A stretch of 64,000 nt of DNA from Sumerlaeia bacterium (GCA_040219255.1 JAVJSW010000004.1:127266-191265), one strand, 5' to 3'; positions 1 to 10,590 are shown, counted from the first letter of the stretch. Program-made: numbers and translations. The notes: a model not told the origin generated them from the letters alone.

Positions 1-351
1 GAGGTTCGCGGAATCTATCCGGCGGGCCAGGGCGGGACCTATGGCGGCGTTTACTGCGATGTGACACCTGATCGGCAAAGCCCTCGCAACCTGGCTGCTT
101 GCCGTTGGATTTCCTTCGTTTGCCGGTCGGCGGAAGCCGGTTTCTATCAGTTGCACCTGGAGAATGAACGGGGCGAGTCCTCGCAGCCGGTGCGGTTCCG
201 CGCCGAAACCAAACCGGCGCGGATCACTCTGCCAGTGGAGGGATTCGGGAGCATCGCCGAAACGGTCTCGACGATGGTCTGGACGCGCCCCAACCCGGTG
301 GCGGGCGAGGAGTTCCACCTGGTGCTCGACGACGTGATCGCCATTCGGTGA
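1..351 (+). CDS. 5'-truncated CDS; C-terminal beta-sandwich, possibly carbohydrate-binding
   Basis: Frame 1 is open from base 1 (EVRGIYPAGQGGTYGGVYCD...) to TGA at 349-351. It ends in FHLVLDDVIAIR, like CBM11/CIA30-type domains. Confidence 0.45.
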   Translation, partial: EVRGIYPAGQGGTYGGVYCDVTPDRQSPRNLAACRWISFVCRSAEAGFYQLHLENERGESSQPVRFRAETKPARITLPVEGFGSIAETVSTMVWTRPNPVAGEEFHLVLDDVIAIR

Positions 352-458
352 CCCGCCGTGAAGGAAAACAACAAAGGGCTGGCCGGCCAGGAATCGCTTT
401 CCTGGCCGGCCGGTTCGTCTTCAAGAGTGGGAATTGACTTCGAGAGAGGGCGGGCTTC

Positions 459-3400
459 TCAGCCCAGGCGAACGTCGATCCGCCGGAAGAGTCCCTTGCG
501 GACGCCGCGGGCGATATCTCCGCGGATGGCATCGGGCGCATAGGTCACGCCATCGAGGGAGTAGCTCCGCACCGAAACGCCGTCTGGCCCCCAAGTGTTT
601 TTCATTTCCGGGTTGTGGTAAATCACGAGAGTCTTCCCGAAGGCCACGCAGACGAGGACGTTTCCGTGCAGGAAATCTTTGGCCCCTTGCCAGGCGATCG
701 TTGCCGGCTCGGAGGAGAACCAGCGGGCAGGAAGAACGGGGGCGAGGCGGAACTGGAGCTGTCCGTCCTCGATGCTGAAGGGCCGCGCGCCGATGGTGAG
801 CGCCAGCCAGATGTGGATGAATTCGGCGGTGCTACCGCTGAGGCGCGCCACAAAGCCGCGGCCCCGGGCCGCCGGATCGTGGTAATCGGAGGAGGCGATG
901 TAGGAGCTGTTCTCGAAGATGCTGCGGCCGTAGCGCTCGGGCGCCATGAAGGGGACCAGCGAGGTCTCCGCTTCCTCGAAGAACTCGTCGTAGAGGCCAT
1001 TGCGCAGAAGCTCGACGAGGAGCTTGTAGGACATGTGGACCCAGACGGAACCGTTCTCGTAGATGCCGCGGTTGAAGGTGCGGATGCGCCCGATGTCTCG
1101 GCTGCACGAGGAGAGGTCCTCGTTGAGCAAGAACATGCCAAGGGGCTCGTCGCGCAGGACCGATTCACGAATGGCCCGGTAGATGGCGCGGGCCTCGCCG
1201 GGGGACTTGGCGAGCCGCATCAGATGCACCTGGGCCTCGAGGAACAGGGGCAGCGGCGCTGGCGCGACAGCCCGGGCGGAAAGCTCGCCCCCGGCGGGTT
1301 CGCCGTCGCGCTGGAAATACATGTGGATGAGGGGCGAATCCTCGCGGCGCGAGGCTTCAATGGCCCGCGCTGTGAGACCTTCGATGGCATTGAGCAAAGC
1401 TTCCACGGCGGCTTGCGGCACGGTTTCCAGAGCGACCCGATGCTGCGCGTAGGCGGCTTCGCGATAGGCCTCGCGGAGGTCCGCGGCGGCTTCCCAGTCG
1501 TAGCGCGGGGCCGACGCGATGGCGGTTGCCTTGGAGAGCAGATGGGCGGCGGGGGCGGGCAACTCGACGTGGCCGATGTCGCCGAGGTGAGCCTTGAGGT
1601 AGCGGGCGAGACGGGCGAGGGCGACGGTCTCGCCGACGGAGGACCCAAAGATTCCGGGCAGGCCATTGAGCGCGTCGTTCCACCCAGGGCGGCCCGCTTC
1701 CATTTCCATCCCACGGCCTTCCGGATCGAGGGTCATGGCTTTGAGCGCCGCCAGCAGGACAAGTTTGGCTCCGGCGCTGACCGGCGGCCAGGGCGCCTTG
1801 CGATCAGTCTCGCGGCGGGGCGCGAGGGCCCGGTACTGGCGCAGTTTTCCGCCGCGCGCTTCGACCCGCTCGGCCCGGGGCAGGACCCGGACCGGTGGCT
1901 CGAACCACCCCACCGGCTGACGCAGCGCCGGTCCGTGCTCGTCGGGCAGGACGGCGCGATGGGCTTCCAGCAAATCGACCAGATAAGCCCAGTGATCGAT
2001 CCAATAGCCATCGTGATCGGATTTTCCGGAAAGACGAGCGTCGCAGCGGGAGAGCACGTTGGCGGCCCATTCCTCGGCGTTGGGCGGGTCGACGCGATAG
2101 CAGGCGAGCCAGAGGTGCAACTCGCCCGGCGAAAAGGGGCGCGCCAGAAGGGCGGCGAAGGCCTGGCGTGCTTGCGGCGATGCGGCGGGACACAGCTCGG
2201 CGGCGTCGCGTTCGGCGGGCAACTGCCAGCGGTACCCCTCCACCGACAGCGGATTGTAGCCGTCGGGCTGAATCAACTCAAGGAAGGCGGCGATTTCCGG
2301 GGCGCCCGCTTCGGGATGGAACCAACAGTCGTGGCGGCGATTCTGAAGGACATCGCGGAAGTTGCCGGCGCCCTCCGAGTAGGGATGGGCGGGTACCCGG
2401 AAATCATTGTAATCGCGCTCGAGATCGCCATGGCGCCGGGTGTAGAGGTGCACCGGCCGCGGGCCTTGGCGCGACGGAAAGAGCACCGGAACGCCGCCGC
2501 GCAGAACGTTATCCAGATAGTTCTGACGAACGTATCCATTGAGTTCCTTCGATGCGGTCTGGGCGATGGCGGGGACGGTGATGGCCTCGACAGCGCGGCG
2601 GCTTTCGGCCTGGACGGTTTGCTGGACGCCGGCCGGGGAAAAGGCTTCGATGAAGTCGTCGAGCAATTCGCTGGAGCGCGCGAAGCCCGCATAAGCGATG
2701 AGTTCGATGGAGGCTTCCGGGGCGAAAGTGACTTCGCCGGAGAGGGCGATGGCGCAGGGAAGGCGGTTACTCCACACCTGCTGCCGCTCATCGAAATCGC
2801 CGTTGAGAAACGCCTCGGGGCGGACGAAGTTGCCACCCGGACCGAAAAAGGCGTCCGGGTCGACGGCCATCGCCATGGCTCGGGCGCCCGCCTCCTCTTG
2901 AAGCCAGGCCCCATAGAAGGTGGTTTCCGAAAGCGCTTCGACGCAGGCCTCGTCGCTCATCGAGGTGGGCAGGGAGAAGGTGGCGGGACCGCCCGGGTGC
3001 TGGCCCACGGTGACAAACGCCTCGCTGATGCGGCGCAGGCGCTTGAGAGAATAATCGGAGACGCCGGAGGGCACGATCACGGGCAGGCCGTCGGCGATTC
3101 GGGCGGTCCGGGGGCGCGGCGCCAGATTGGTGATTCGCACCCGGCGGCACAGAGCGGGCACCGGGCTGGACACCACGGTGCAATACTGCACCTCGGTTTG
3201 CCAGAGGGCATGCTCGTTGCGGTCGACCAGGGAGAGGGCGTGGGGCTCGATCGAGAGTCGGCGCTTGGCCGTTTCTCCGAAGGGCGAGTGGTTGGCAAAG
3301 GGCTCGTAGTAGGTTCCGTCCCCTTCTTGCAGAAAGGTGCGGAACCCATAGAGGCTGACGAGCTGGTAGGCCCAGGTGGAGGAGAAAAACTCGCCGATGG

Positions 3401-3629
3401 CGTGGTCCTTGTCCTCGTAGCCGAAGGAGCAGACACCCTGGCCCCGATTGACGTACATGCACCACAGAGGGGCGCCGAGAGGGCCGGCGATTCCGGGGAG
3501 GAAACTGGCGAAGGGATACTGGCGGTCGAATTGAGCGATCTCATAGGCGGCGTTGTCGCAAGCGCGCCAGGGAGATCCCTCCCATCCCGTCCGGGATGCA
3601 ACACGGTGTGAATTCGCTTTCAGGATCAT
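459..3629 (-). CDS. Glycoside phosphorylase, GH161-like (beta-1,3-glucan phosphorylase; GH94/149/161 clan)
   Basis: Motifs FASFLPGIAGPLG-P-W-YVNRGQG-SFG, YTRRHGDLERDYN, GNFRDVLQNRR, EMEAGRPGWNDALNGLPGIFGSS and GFVARLSGSTAEF. No signal peptide; GH16 neighbours. Start set at ATG 3629. Confidence 0.8.
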   Translation of the reverse strand: MILKANSHRVASRTGWEGSPWRACDNAAYEIAQFDRQYPFASFLPGIAGPLGAPLWCMYVNRGQGVCSFGYEDKDHAIGEFFSSTWAYQLVSLYGFRTFLQEGDGTYYEPFANHSPFGETAKRRLSIEPHALSLVDRNEHALWQTEVQYCTVVSSPVPALCRRVRITNLAPRPRTARIADGLPVIVPSGVSDYSLKRLRRISEAFVTVGQHPGGPATFSLPTSMSDEACVEALSETTFYGAWLQEEAGARAMAMAVDPDAFFGPGGNFVRPEAFLNGDFDERQQVWSNRLPCAIALSGEVTFAPEASIELIAYAGFARSSELLDDFIEAFSPAGVQQTVQAESRRAVEAITVPAIAQTASKELNGYVRQNYLDNVLRGGVPVLFPSRQGPRPVHLYTRRHGDLERDYNDFRVPAHPYSEGAGNFRDVLQNRRHDCWFHPEAGAPEIAAFLELIQPDGYNPLSVEGYRWQLPAERDAAELCPAASPQARQAFAALLARPFSPGELHLWLACYRVDPPNAEEWAANVLSRCDARLSGKSDHDGYWIDHWAYLVDLLEAHRAVLPDEHGPALRQPVGWFEPPVRVLPRAERVEARGGKLRQYRALAPRRETDRKAPWPPVSAGAKLVLLAALKAMTLDPEGRGMEMEAGRPGWNDALNGLPGIFGSSVGETVALARLARYLKAHLGDIGHVELPAPAAHLLSKATAIASAPRYDWEAAADLREAYREAAYAQHRVALETVPQAAVEALLNAIEGLTARAIEASRREDSPLIHMYFQRDGEPAGGELSARAVAPAPLPLFLEAQVHLMRLAKSPGEARAIYRAIRESVLRDEPLGMFLLNEDLSSCSRDIGRIRTFNRGIYENGSVWVHMSYKLLVELLRNGLYDEFFEEAETSLVPFMAPERYGRSIFENSSYIASSDYHDPAARGRGFVARLSGSTAEFIHIWLALTIGARPFSIEDGQLQFRLAPVLPARWFSSEPATIAWQGAKDFLHGNVLVCVAFGKTLVIYHNPEMKNTWGPDGVSVRSYSLDGVTYAPDAIRGDIARGVRKGLFRRIDVRLG

Positions 3630-3730
3630 GATCGTGTGAGCCTTAGGGGGTCGAATCGCTTCATGGGCGGCTGGGCGGTCATCGTGGAATTCGATTTGTC
3701 GCCAAAGCACGGCGGGGCCGGGAGCGCTTC

Positions 3731-3742
3731 GTTAAAGTTATC
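3731..3742. promoter_or_regulatory. Candidate LacI operator (GTTAAAGTTATC, one mismatch to the 5207 site)
   Basis: About 100 bp upstream of the GH161 start; resembles the recurring motif. Confidence 0.45.
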
Positions 3743-3889
3743 TTACCACAGCGGTCCCGTCCGCGCTCGGAAGGTGAGTCGATTGGCAGCCAAGGGAAGA
3801 GTCCGGCGGCGGAAATCGCTTGCAAGAAGAGGTTTTCGTTCACAGCCAGGATCGGCGGAGAAGGCGTGATCGCCGCCGGATTCCGAGCG

Positions 3890-3903
3890 AGTTATCGATA
3901 ACT
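3890..3903. promoter_or_regulatory. LacI operator, perfect palindrome AGTTATCGATAACT
   Basis: 14-bp palindrome with a central CG, typical of LacI/GalR sites, in the divergent GH161/LacI intergenic region. Confidence 0.75.
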
Positions 3904-4069
3904 AACAACTGCGTCGCGGTGTGGTCAATAGCTTTCCGCGAAAAAGTTGGAGCGCTTCGCCCGGCCGCCTCCGGGGTCAGTTTCCCCTAGCTGACAAGCT
4001 TTGTCGGGGGTACCTCATCGCGCGATGCGTTTACCGCCAGCCCTCCCCCTAAGGAATCCGCGAGCGACG

Positions 4070-5173
4070 ATGGCCAAGAAAACAGGGACGGGGAAAACCC
4101 CACGCGAAAAAAAAGGGACCCCCGGCGGGGCCGTGTCCGCCGAGGAGGTCGCCCGTCTGGCCGGCGTTTCGGTGATGACTGTGAGCCGGGCGCTGCGGGG
4201 CACGTCCGGCGTGTCTCTCAAGACGCGCGACCGGATCGTTCGGATCGCTTCGGACCTGGGCTATCAGCCCAGCCTGGCGGCCCGCAGCCTGCGCACCGGC
4301 CGCATCGAAACCATCGGGTTTCTGATCTGGAGCCATGACGCCCTGCGGGGCGGTTATCACTCCGAGTCCCTCGCCGGCATCGATTCGGTGGCGAGCGAGC
4401 AAGGCTATAACGTGCTGCTGACGGTGGCTCCACCGAACGTGAGCATGGGAGATTACGCGCGGCGGCTGATCCACGAGCGCCGCGTCGGCAGCCTGGTTCT
4501 GCAGGGCTCGCGCCTCTCGCCCCAGGACCTGAAGGACCTGGCGGAGGTGCAAACGCCAAAGGTCTTCATCAATTACACGGGCAAACTCGCCACGAACGCG
4601 CAGGGCGCCTGCTGCGTCGGGTTCGACAACCACGATGGCATCGAGCAGGCGGTGCGGCACCTGGTGGCGCTGGGTCACGAACGCATCGCGTACATCGGCG
4701 GCACGCCGACGGACCGCGACGCCATCGAGCGCGAAGAGGGCTTTCGCGCCGCCATGATGAAGCTCAAGCTGGCGGTCAACCCCGACTGGATCCGGCCCGG
4801 CGATTTCGCCCACGCCATCGAAGCCGGCCAGGCCCAGGGCGATTACCTGATCGCCGAAGGCAGCGGTGGCCCGACCGCCATCGTCTGCGCGGCGGACTCC
4901 ATCGCTTATGGCGTCCTGACGAGCGCCCGCCGGGCCGAATTGGATCTGCCGCGTCAGCTCTCCGTCGTCGGCTTCGACGACGATCTGGCCGCCGCCCATG
5001 TGGTGCCGCCGCTGACGACGCTGAACCACAGCGGCTGGGATTTGGGCCAGCGGGCCGGCAAGGAATTGCTGCGCCAGATCGCCGGGGAAGCCACTGGCAA
5101 TCAGACCGTTGTGCTGAAGACCCGGCTGGTGGTGCGCAACTCCACCGCCAGTCCGGCGGAGCCGCGGCGCTAA
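4070..5173 (+). CDS. LacI-family transcriptional regulator
   Basis: HTH VARLAGVSVMTVSRALRG, hinge LGYQPSLAARSLRTGR, C-terminal LSVVGFDD...PPLTT. Confidence 0.95.
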   Translation: MAKKTGTGKTPREKKGTPGGAVSAEEVARLAGVSVMTVSRALRGTSGVSLKTRDRIVRIASDLGYQPSLAARSLRTGRIETIGFLIWSHDALRGGYHSESLAGIDSVASEQGYNVLLTVAPPNVSMGDYARRLIHERRVGSLVLQGSRLSPQDLKDLAEVQTPKVFINYTGKLATNAQGACCVGFDNHDGIEQAVRHLVALGHERIAYIGGTPTDRDAIEREEGFRAAMMKLKLAVNPDWIRPGDFAHAIEAGQAQGDYLIAEGSGGPTAIVCAADSIAYGVLTSARRAELDLPRQLSVVGFDDDLAAAHVVPPLTTLNHSGWDLGQRAGKELLRQIAGEATGNQTVVLKTRLVVRNSTASPAEPRR

Positions 5174-5205
5174 CCCTCCGCGGCCCGCCAAAGATACGCT
5201 CCATT

Positions 5206-5219
5206 AGTTAACGTTATCT
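5206..5219. promoter_or_regulatory. LacI operator candidate AGTTAACGTTATCT
   Basis: Near-palindrome matching the 3890 site, upstream of the pilin-GH16 operon. Confidence 0.65.
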
Positions 5220-5515
5220 CGATTGCGGCGCGCCGATTCCCATCTCGCCCCGAGAGCCCCTTCTCTGCCCGCCAGATCCCCGAACAATCCCAGAGATCAT
5301 TGTCATTGGAGACGTTGCCGTCGGCGATCGACCGAGCGGAGGTCTTGAGATAGCAAGGCAGGGCCCTTTGAATTTGGCCTCGCAGCAAAAAAAATGAGGC
5401 GCCGCCTCTTTACACAAACCTTTGTTGGAAAACGCTTTAGAGAATACGAAGAGGCCTCTTCGGGGCGCGTTCTTGGGGCCTGCTCATTTTTTCCTTGCCA
5501 GAGCGAAGGTGGATG

Positions 5516-5534
5516 AGGAACGTTATCGTTATCT
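5516..5534. promoter_or_regulatory. LacI operator candidate, tandem overlapping (AGGAACGTTATCGTTATCT)
   Basis: About 80 bp upstream of the pilin ATG at 5612. Confidence 0.6.
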
Positions 5535-5611
5535 CTGTCGGACCGGTCTACTCCCCGCAGGCCCCAGCCGCACCACCGTTCTTCCCGAAAACCCCGCAAA
5601 GGACCCATCCC

Positions 5612-6253
5612 ATGTCACTACGCACCCCAAGTAAGGCCTTCACCCTCATCGAGCTTCTCATCGTGGTCGCCATCATCGCGATTCTGGCCGCTATCGCCGT
5701 GCCCAACTTCCTGGAAGCCCAGGTGCGCGCCAAAGTCAGCCGCGCCAAGGCCGACATGCGGTCCCTGGCCACCGGCCTCGAATCTTATCGGGTGGACAAT
5801 AACAAGTACGTCCCCACGCCGAACTACAACCGCGTGACCGGCGCCCAGACCTTTACCCACGAGGCCCGCTGGGCTTACCTGACGACGCCCATCGCCTACA
5901 TGACGTCGATCATCGACGATCCGTTCGGCGATACAGATGTGACCGAGAGCAACTGGAATACGAGCAGCAAGTTCCGCACCTTCGACTACACGGCGTTCGA
6001 CACGGAAGGCAGCTTCGAGGCGAACTTCTTCAAGCCCGACCTGGTGCAGGCTTACGGCTACTCCGAGTCGATTCTGTGGCTGATCGCTTCCCAGGGTCCG
6101 GACCTTGAGCCGGGCCTGAAAGTCAACGATCCCGCCGCCGGCACCGTCAGCGGCTTCGCCACCGGTCTGCCCTATGATCCCACGAACGGCACGGTGAGCG
6201 CGGGCGATGTGATCCGCTTCGGTCCCGGCGGGGGCACGGCGGGCGGCGCCTAA
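5612..6253 (+). CDS. Prepilin-type N-terminal cleavage/methylation protein (type IV pilin/pseudopilin-like), paralog 1
   Basis: KA|FTLIELLIVVAIIAILAAIAVPNF; conserved LTTPIAY, SQGPD and YDPTNGTVSAGD blocks. Confidence 0.9.
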   Translation: MSLRTPSKAFTLIELLIVVAIIAILAAIAVPNFLEAQVRAKVSRAKADMRSLATGLESYRVDNNKYVPTPNYNRVTGAQTFTHEARWAYLTTPIAYMTSIIDDPFGDTDVTESNWNTSSKFRTFDYTAFDTEGSFEANFFKPDLVQAYGYSESILWLIASQGPDLEPGLKVNDPAAGTVSGFATGLPYDPTNGTVSAGDVIRFGPGGGTAGGA

Positions 6254-6386
6254 GGCGTCAACCCAGCCTGCCGCGCATCCACTCTCCCATCCCATCGGCC
6301 ACTCATCGCCGCGGGTGCCTTCTCCCAGCACCCGCGGCGTTTTCTATCGCAGTCCCCGTTTCCATCCCCCCATCGAGGTTTCCATC

Positions 6387-7994
6387 ATGAAGAGATTGCT
6401 GACCGCCACGGCCATCACGCTGATCGCGGCCGCCCTGCCAGCCCAGGATCAGGGAGCCTCCGCTTCCGATCCCGGCGGCCAAGGGGACAAAGGCTGGCGC
6501 CTTGTCTGGTCCGATGACTTCGAGGGCCCGGAAATCGACCCGGCCAAATGGAACCACCAGGTCTTTCCCGGAGTCGCCAGCGGCAACAACGAACTCCAGC
6601 ACTACACCGACCGCCCGGTGAACAGCTTTGTCGAGGACGGCCGTCTGGTCATCAAGGCGATCCGCGAAGAGTATCGGGATCATGCCTACACTTCGGCGCG
6701 GCTGAACACGGCGGGCAAGTTCGCGTTCCGCTATGGCCGCGTCGAAGCCCGCATCAAGATCCCTTCCACGCCGGGCATCTGGCCCGCGTTCTGGATGATG
6801 CCGGAGGAATCAGTCTATGGTGGCTGGCCCCACAGCGGTGAGATCGACATCATGGAATCGGTAAACGACGCCGATGAGATCTACGGCACCATCCACTATG
6901 GCAATCCGGGTCACACCCATCAGGGCGAAGGCGTCAAGCTGGCGGAGGTGGACGGCCGGCGGCCGCTCTTTTCCGAAGACTTCCACGTCTACGCCGCCGA
7001 GTGGCAGCCGGGGGAAATCCGCTGGTATCTGGATGGCGAACTCTTTGGCGTCCAGACCGAGTGGGCGTCGCCCCACGCGCCCTTTCCCGCGCCCTTCGAT
7101 CAGGAATTCCACCTGCTCCTGAACGTCGCCGTGGGTGGTAACTGGCCCGGTTCGCCAGACGACAGCAGCGTCTTCCCCCAGACCATGGAAGTCGATTGGG
7201 TGCGGGTTTACCAGAGCGGCAACGAATTCCCCACGGTCGAGGTGCTCGCTCCGGCGCAGGGCGCCATCGTTCCGGCGAACGAACCGATGCGCATTGAAAT
7301 CGAAGCCAACGACCCGGACGGCGAAATCGTCCGGGCCCAGTTGCTGCGCGGCCTGGAGGTGCTGGCCGAGGCGAGCGAGGCGCCCTTCGCGCTCCTTGCA
7401 CCCGGGCTCGCGGATGGCTGCTACGACGACCTGACGGTGCTGGTAATCGACGATCAAGGCGCCCGCGCCCGCGCGAATCTGGCCATCGAGGCGGGGCGGG
7501 GTTGCCCCCAGGAGCCATGGGGCGACAGCGCCATAGCCCTCCCGGGACACTTCGAGGCCGAACATTTCGACCGGGGCCGCCCCGGCGAAGCCTATCACGA
7601 CAGTGACAAGAGCAACCAGGGGCGCGCCTTTCGCGGGGACTCGCAGGTCGATGTCGGCGAAGACGACGGCGTTCGCTACCTCGGATGGACCGAGGCCGGC
7701 GAGTGGGTCGAGTACACCGTGACCGTACCGGAGGCGGGCACTTACCGCTTCTCCGGCCGGGTGGCGTCCGCCGCGGGCGGCGGCACGATTCAGATTTCCG
7801 CCGACGGCACCAGCCAAACCGTCCACGCCAACGCCCCCGGCACGGGTGATTGGCACACCTTTGACAAAATCGGTTTCGCCGGCCTGATCACGCTGAGCGA
7901 GGGGCTCAACGTCCTTCGCCTGACCTGGGAAACGGGCGGGGTCAATGTCGACTCCTTGGAAGGCCTCCTCGAGGGCGATAAACGTTTACGATAA
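6387..7994 (+). CDS. Secreted GH16 beta-1,3-glucanase (laminarinase-like) with Ig-like and CBM6-like domains
   Basis: Signal peptide MKRLLTATAITLIAAALPA; catalytic WPHSGEIDIME; C-terminal FEAEHFD...GWTEAGEWVEYTV. Confidence 0.9.
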   Translation: MKRLLTATAITLIAAALPAQDQGASASDPGGQGDKGWRLVWSDDFEGPEIDPAKWNHQVFPGVASGNNELQHYTDRPVNSFVEDGRLVIKAIREEYRDHAYTSARLNTAGKFAFRYGRVEARIKIPSTPGIWPAFWMMPEESVYGGWPHSGEIDIMESVNDADEIYGTIHYGNPGHTHQGEGVKLAEVDGRRPLFSEDFHVYAAEWQPGEIRWYLDGELFGVQTEWASPHAPFPAPFDQEFHLLLNVAVGGNWPGSPDDSSVFPQTMEVDWVRVYQSGNEFPTVEVLAPAQGAIVPANEPMRIEIEANDPDGEIVRAQLLRGLEVLAEASEAPFALLAPGLADGCYDDLTVLVIDDQGARARANLAIEAGRGCPQEPWGDSAIALPGHFEAEHFDRGRPGEAYHDSDKSNQGRAFRGDSQVDVGEDDGVRYLGWTEAGEWVEYTVTVPEAGTYRFSGRVASAAGGGTIQISADGTSQTVHANAPGTGDWHTFDKIGFAGLITLSEGLNVLRLTWETGGVNVDSLEGLLEGDKRLR

Positions 7995-7995
7995 C
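7978..7995. promoter_or_regulatory. LacI operator candidate (ATAAACGTTTACGATAAC), overlapping the stop codon of the first GH16
   Basis: Core GTTTACGATAAC is identical to the site at 45604. Confidence 0.65.
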
Positions 7996-8106
7996 TCAAG
8001 AGAGCGCCGGTTGCTTGAAATGAGGTGCCGACTCACGCTTGATCGGATTGCCCAAAGAATGCCTGGCGTATCTGGCTTGACGAGGCTCGGCTATCCCATT
8101 AAATTT

Positions 8107-8120
8107 AGCTAACGATAACA
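8107..8120. promoter_or_regulatory. LacI operator candidate AGCTAACGATAACA
   Basis: 40 bp upstream of the second GH16 start. Confidence 0.6.
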
Positions 8121-8159
8121 AGACTTCACCCCTCGCGAGGCCGCCCGAAGGAGTTCGGA

Positions 8160-9548
8160 ATGAGGACAGGAAACCGAAAGAAGCCCTCGCCCCGGCGGGC
8201 CGCGATGCCATTGCTCACGGCCTCCGCCCTTCTCGCTCTGGCCGCCGCCCGCGCCCTGGCTCAGGGCGACGGTTGGCAACTTGTCTGGCAGGACGAGTTC
8301 GATGGGCCCGGCATCGACGCCGCCAAGTGGACGCACGAGGTCAACGCCTGGGGCGGCGGAAACAACGAGCTTCAATTCTACACCGCCCGGCCGCAAAACT
8401 CCTTTGTGCAGGACGGCAAACTGATCCTGCGGGCCATCCGCGAAAACTATACGGCGGTCGATCCCTCGGATAACGTCCAGAAAACCCGCCTGTATACCTC
8501 GGCCCGGCTCAATTCCCGGTTCAAGGGCGACTGGCTTTACGGCCGGTTCGAAATCCGGGCCAAGCTGCCTGGGGGCCAGGGGCTCTGGCCCGCCATCTGG
8601 ATGCTGCCGACGGACTATGTCTACGGCGGTTGGGCCGCCAGCGGCGAAATCGACATCATGGAACTGCGCGGCAACGAACCCGAGATCCTCAGCAACGCGA
8701 TCCACTACGGCGGTCCCTGGCCCAACAACACCTACTCGGCCCATGAAACGCCCGGTCCTGACCTGACGGTGGCTTTCCACACCTACGCCCTCGAGTGGGA
8801 TGTAGACGAACTGCGATGGTACCTGGACGATCAGGAGGTCTGGCGCACGTCGAGCTGGTTCAGCGATAACGGCGACTACCCGGCACCCTTCGACCAGCGC
8901 TTCCACCTGCTGCTGAACGTGGCCGTGGGCGGCGATTTCCTGCCCAATCCGCCTCCCAATCCGACCTACTTCCCCCAGGAAATGCAGGTCGAGTACGTCC
9001 GCGTCTATCAGCGCGACCGCGACGACCAAACGCCCTGGTCCGGCGAGCGCCACGTCCTGCCCACACGCATCGAGGCTGAGCACTACGATGTCGGCGGCAA
9101 CAGCATTTCCTACTTCGACACGGGGCCTGAGAACGTCGGCGGCGCTTTTCGCCTGGACGAGGGCGTCGACATCGAGGATTCCCAGGACACCGACGCCAGC
9201 TTCTCCGTGGGGTGGTTCGAGACGGGCGAGTGGCTCGAGTACTCCGTGACGGTTCCGGCGAGCGGCACTGTCGATCTGACCTTTCGCAACGCCACCAACA
9301 GCTCCGGCGCCACCCTCGGCGTCGAGTTCCGCCAGGGCGGCCAGACCGTCGCCAGCCAGACCGTCGCACAAGGCAACACTGGCGGCTGGTACACTTGGAC
9401 TTCCGAGACGAAGGCGTCCTTCGAACTGGACGCCGGTGACTACATTCTGCGGGTGACGTCGCAGTCCGAGCCGCTCAACTTCAACTTCGTGGATGCGGCG
9501 GTGACGCCACCGGGCGCGAGCAACCTCTGGATCATCAGAGGCAACTGA
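8160..9548 (+). CDS. Secreted GH16 beta-1,3-glucanase with CBM6-like domain and short C-terminal Trp tail
   Basis: RBS GAAGGAG; signal peptide ending ARALA; WAASGEIDIME; IEAEHYD...GEWLEYSV; ends GASNLWIIRGN. Confidence 0.9.
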   Translation: MRTGNRKKPSPRRAAMPLLTASALLALAAARALAQGDGWQLVWQDEFDGPGIDAAKWTHEVNAWGGGNNELQFYTARPQNSFVQDGKLILRAIRENYTAVDPSDNVQKTRLYTSARLNSRFKGDWLYGRFEIRAKLPGGQGLWPAIWMLPTDYVYGGWAASGEIDIMELRGNEPEILSNAIHYGGPWPNNTYSAHETPGPDLTVAFHTYALEWDVDELRWYLDDQEVWRTSSWFSDNGDYPAPFDQRFHLLLNVAVGGDFLPNPPPNPTYFPQEMQVEYVRVYQRDRDDQTPWSGERHVLPTRIEAEHYDVGGNSISYFDTGPENVGGAFRLDEGVDIEDSQDTDASFSVGWFETGEWLEYSVTVPASGTVDLTFRNATNSSGATLGVEFRQGGQTVASQTVAQGNTGGWYTWTSETKASFELDAGDYILRVTSQSEPLNFNFVDAAVTPPGASNLWIIRGN

Positions 9549-9592
9549 GGCCCCGGCGCCGAGCCTCGCTCTCCTCCACTTGCTCCCAAAAG

Positions 9593-9630
9593 ACGATCGC
9601 ACCGGTTCGCTTGCGGACCGGTGCGATCGT
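9593..9630. terminator. Long hairpin between convergent operons
   Basis: 14-bp perfect stem ACGATCGCACCGGT / ACCGGTGCGATCGT. Confidence 0.65.
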
Positions 9631-9662
9631 GAGAGGGAGGCTGGTTGCGTTCCGGGGGCGGG

Positions 9663-10577
9663 CTATTCCTTGAGGCCGGTGAGCGAAATGCCCTGCATGA
9701 AGGACTTCTGGCAGAGGAAGAACAGCACCGTCACCGGAAGGATCATGACCAACGTGGCAGCCATCAGGAGGTTGACCTCCACGCCGCCGAGCTGGGTCTG
9801 GAAAGCCTGAAGCCCGAGAGCCAGGGTGAACTGGGTGTCGTCGGTCAGGAAGATCAACGGCGCCATGAAATCGTTCCAGTGATACATGAACGTGAAGAGG
9901 GCGACGACGAGAAGGGCCGAGCGGGACAGCGGCAGAACGAGCTGGACGAAGATGCGGATTTCACCGCAGCCATCGATGCGGGCGGCCTCCGTCAGGGTGC
10001 GGGGGATGCTGAGGAAGAACTGGCGCAGCAGGAAGATGTTGTACGCCACACCGAACCAGGCCGGCACCCAGAGGGGCTTGAAGGTTCCGATCCAGCCCAG
10101 CTCTCGAAAAATGGCGTACTGGGGCACCATCAGCACGGGAAACGGAATCATCATGGTGGCGAGGGTCAGGGCGAAGAACGCGCCGCTGCCACGGAAGCGG
10201 AAGTGGGCGAACGCCCATGCCGCCATGGCGCAACTGAGCACCGTGCCGCAGACGTTCAGGCCGCAAACCAGCAGGGTGTTGAGCAGATAGCGCAGAAAGT
10301 CCATTTCGACCAGCGCCTGCTTGAAATTGCCCCATTGCGCGTCGTCGGGCAGCAGCGTCGGCGGGAAGGCGGTGGCCTCCGGCAGGGTCTTCAGCGACGT
10401 CGTCACGAGAACGAGGAAGGGCAGGAGGAAGACGAAGGCCACCAGGAGAGCGGCGATCTGGACGACCGGACTGGGCCGGCTGTCCGACGGGATCTTGTGC
10501 AGCCGCAGCATCGTCAGCCAACGGGGCCGTGGCGGCTCGGCGGCGGTGGTCATGGGAAAGGTGTATCGTGAAGCCAT
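9663..10577 (-). CDS. Carbohydrate ABC transporter permease (MalG-like)
   Basis: Multiple TM segments; EAA loop LTEAARIDGCGE. Confidence 0.92.
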   Translation of the reverse strand: MASRYTFPMTTAAEPPRPRWLTMLRLHKIPSDSRPSPVVQIAALLVAFVFLLPFLVLVTTSLKTLPEATAFPPTLLPDDAQWGNFKQALVEMDFLRYLLNTLLVCGLNVCGTVLSCAMAAWAFAHFRFRGSGAFFALTLATMMIPFPVLMVPQYAIFRELGWIGTFKPLWVPAWFGVAYNIFLLRQFFLSIPRTLTEAARIDGCGEIRIFVQLVLPLSRSALLVVALFTFMYHWNDFMAPLIFLTDDTQFTLALGLQAFQTQLGGVEVNLLMAATLVMILPVTVLFFLCQKSFMQGISLTGLKE

Positions 10578-10590
10578 AAGAGCGGTTCTT

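Noticed and set aside
615-3611. 998-aa + strand ORF
   Set aside because: Antisense shadow of the GH161 gene, typical of high-GC DNA; no motifs.
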